NCBI RefSeq assembly: GCF_001194135.2
Contig: NC_068990.1
Location: 65,613,384-65,662,314, forward strand
Reading direction: 5' to 3'
DNA: 48,931 nt
From: Octopus bimaculoides
Lineage: Eukaryota
This document shows, piece by piece, positions 48,421 to 48,931 of this stretch. Both the position numbers and the translations under genes were made by a program. The notes beneath the pieces were generated by a model. The model was not told the DNA's origin and searched no databases. It saw nothing but the letters and a program-made list of their open reading frames with translations. Numbering within the stretch: the stretch's first letter is position 1; every line of letters begins with the position of its first letter.

Positions 48421-48890
48421 AATGCTGCAACATACAGACAATCAGAAGATATCGCTGGGGAAACTTCAAACAAGATGAGAAGACATATTTAAAAAGTACA
48501 GGCCCAAATGGAAGACAAGGACGTAGTCAAGGGAAGAAGGGAAATGCATTGGGACCAGCGATGTGTAGGGATACCTGATTGTGAATAAAGAAATTAAAAT
48601 ACACTCACCCCGCCACATACACACACGCATATATATATATATATATACATACACATACATGCATACACGCCAGAACATACACACACACACATACACACTG
48701 TTCTTAAGCAGAAATATTATTGCTTATTATTATTGTTGATTATTGATTATCGACTTAACTGGCCCAAACTTCGAAGTCATTTGCAATAATAATCGCGTTT
48801 GAGAATTTGAGAATAAATTTGTACTCTATAAAAGTATAGAGTAACCCTTCAGATTAATGTAGTAACTGAACATAGAAACAAACATTAATA

Positions 48891-48931
<41 letters not shown>

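Overview
This is eukaryotic, AT-rich, repeat-saturated DNA with no confidently identifiable host gene. The SINE, mariner and microsatellite landscape resembles an octopus (Octopus sp.) short-read draft assembly; that is an inference from remembered repeat families, not a database match. There are 13 N-gaps (about 3.8 kb), most abutting microsatellites. Almost all ORFs in the supplied track are translated microsatellites, gaps or pieces of dead transposons. Readable by hand-translation: (1) two Helitron Rep/Hel remnants, one with a 69-bp (23-aa) STPR-like repeat array; (2) six fragments of R4/Dong-like non-LTR retrotransposons with a restriction-like endonuclease (RLE), several adjoining (TAA)n or (ACAT)n tracts; (3) a Penelope-like GIY-YIG fragment; (4) RTE and CR1/L2-type LINE fragments; (5) five mariner remnants and one maT (DD37D) remnant; (6) over 20 SINE-like copies in about five families (labels A-E are mine); (7) two adjacent foldback elements; (8) three short template-switch-like palindromes. 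I see no evidence of a novel multi-gene system. The best leads are a possible (ACAT)n-targeting RLE retroposon, the unclassified foldback pair, SINE module swapping, and the repeated snap-back palindromes. Degenerate element boundaries are approximate (tens of bp), and family assignments come from manual motif recognition and need RepeatMasker/CENSOR/HMM confirmation.
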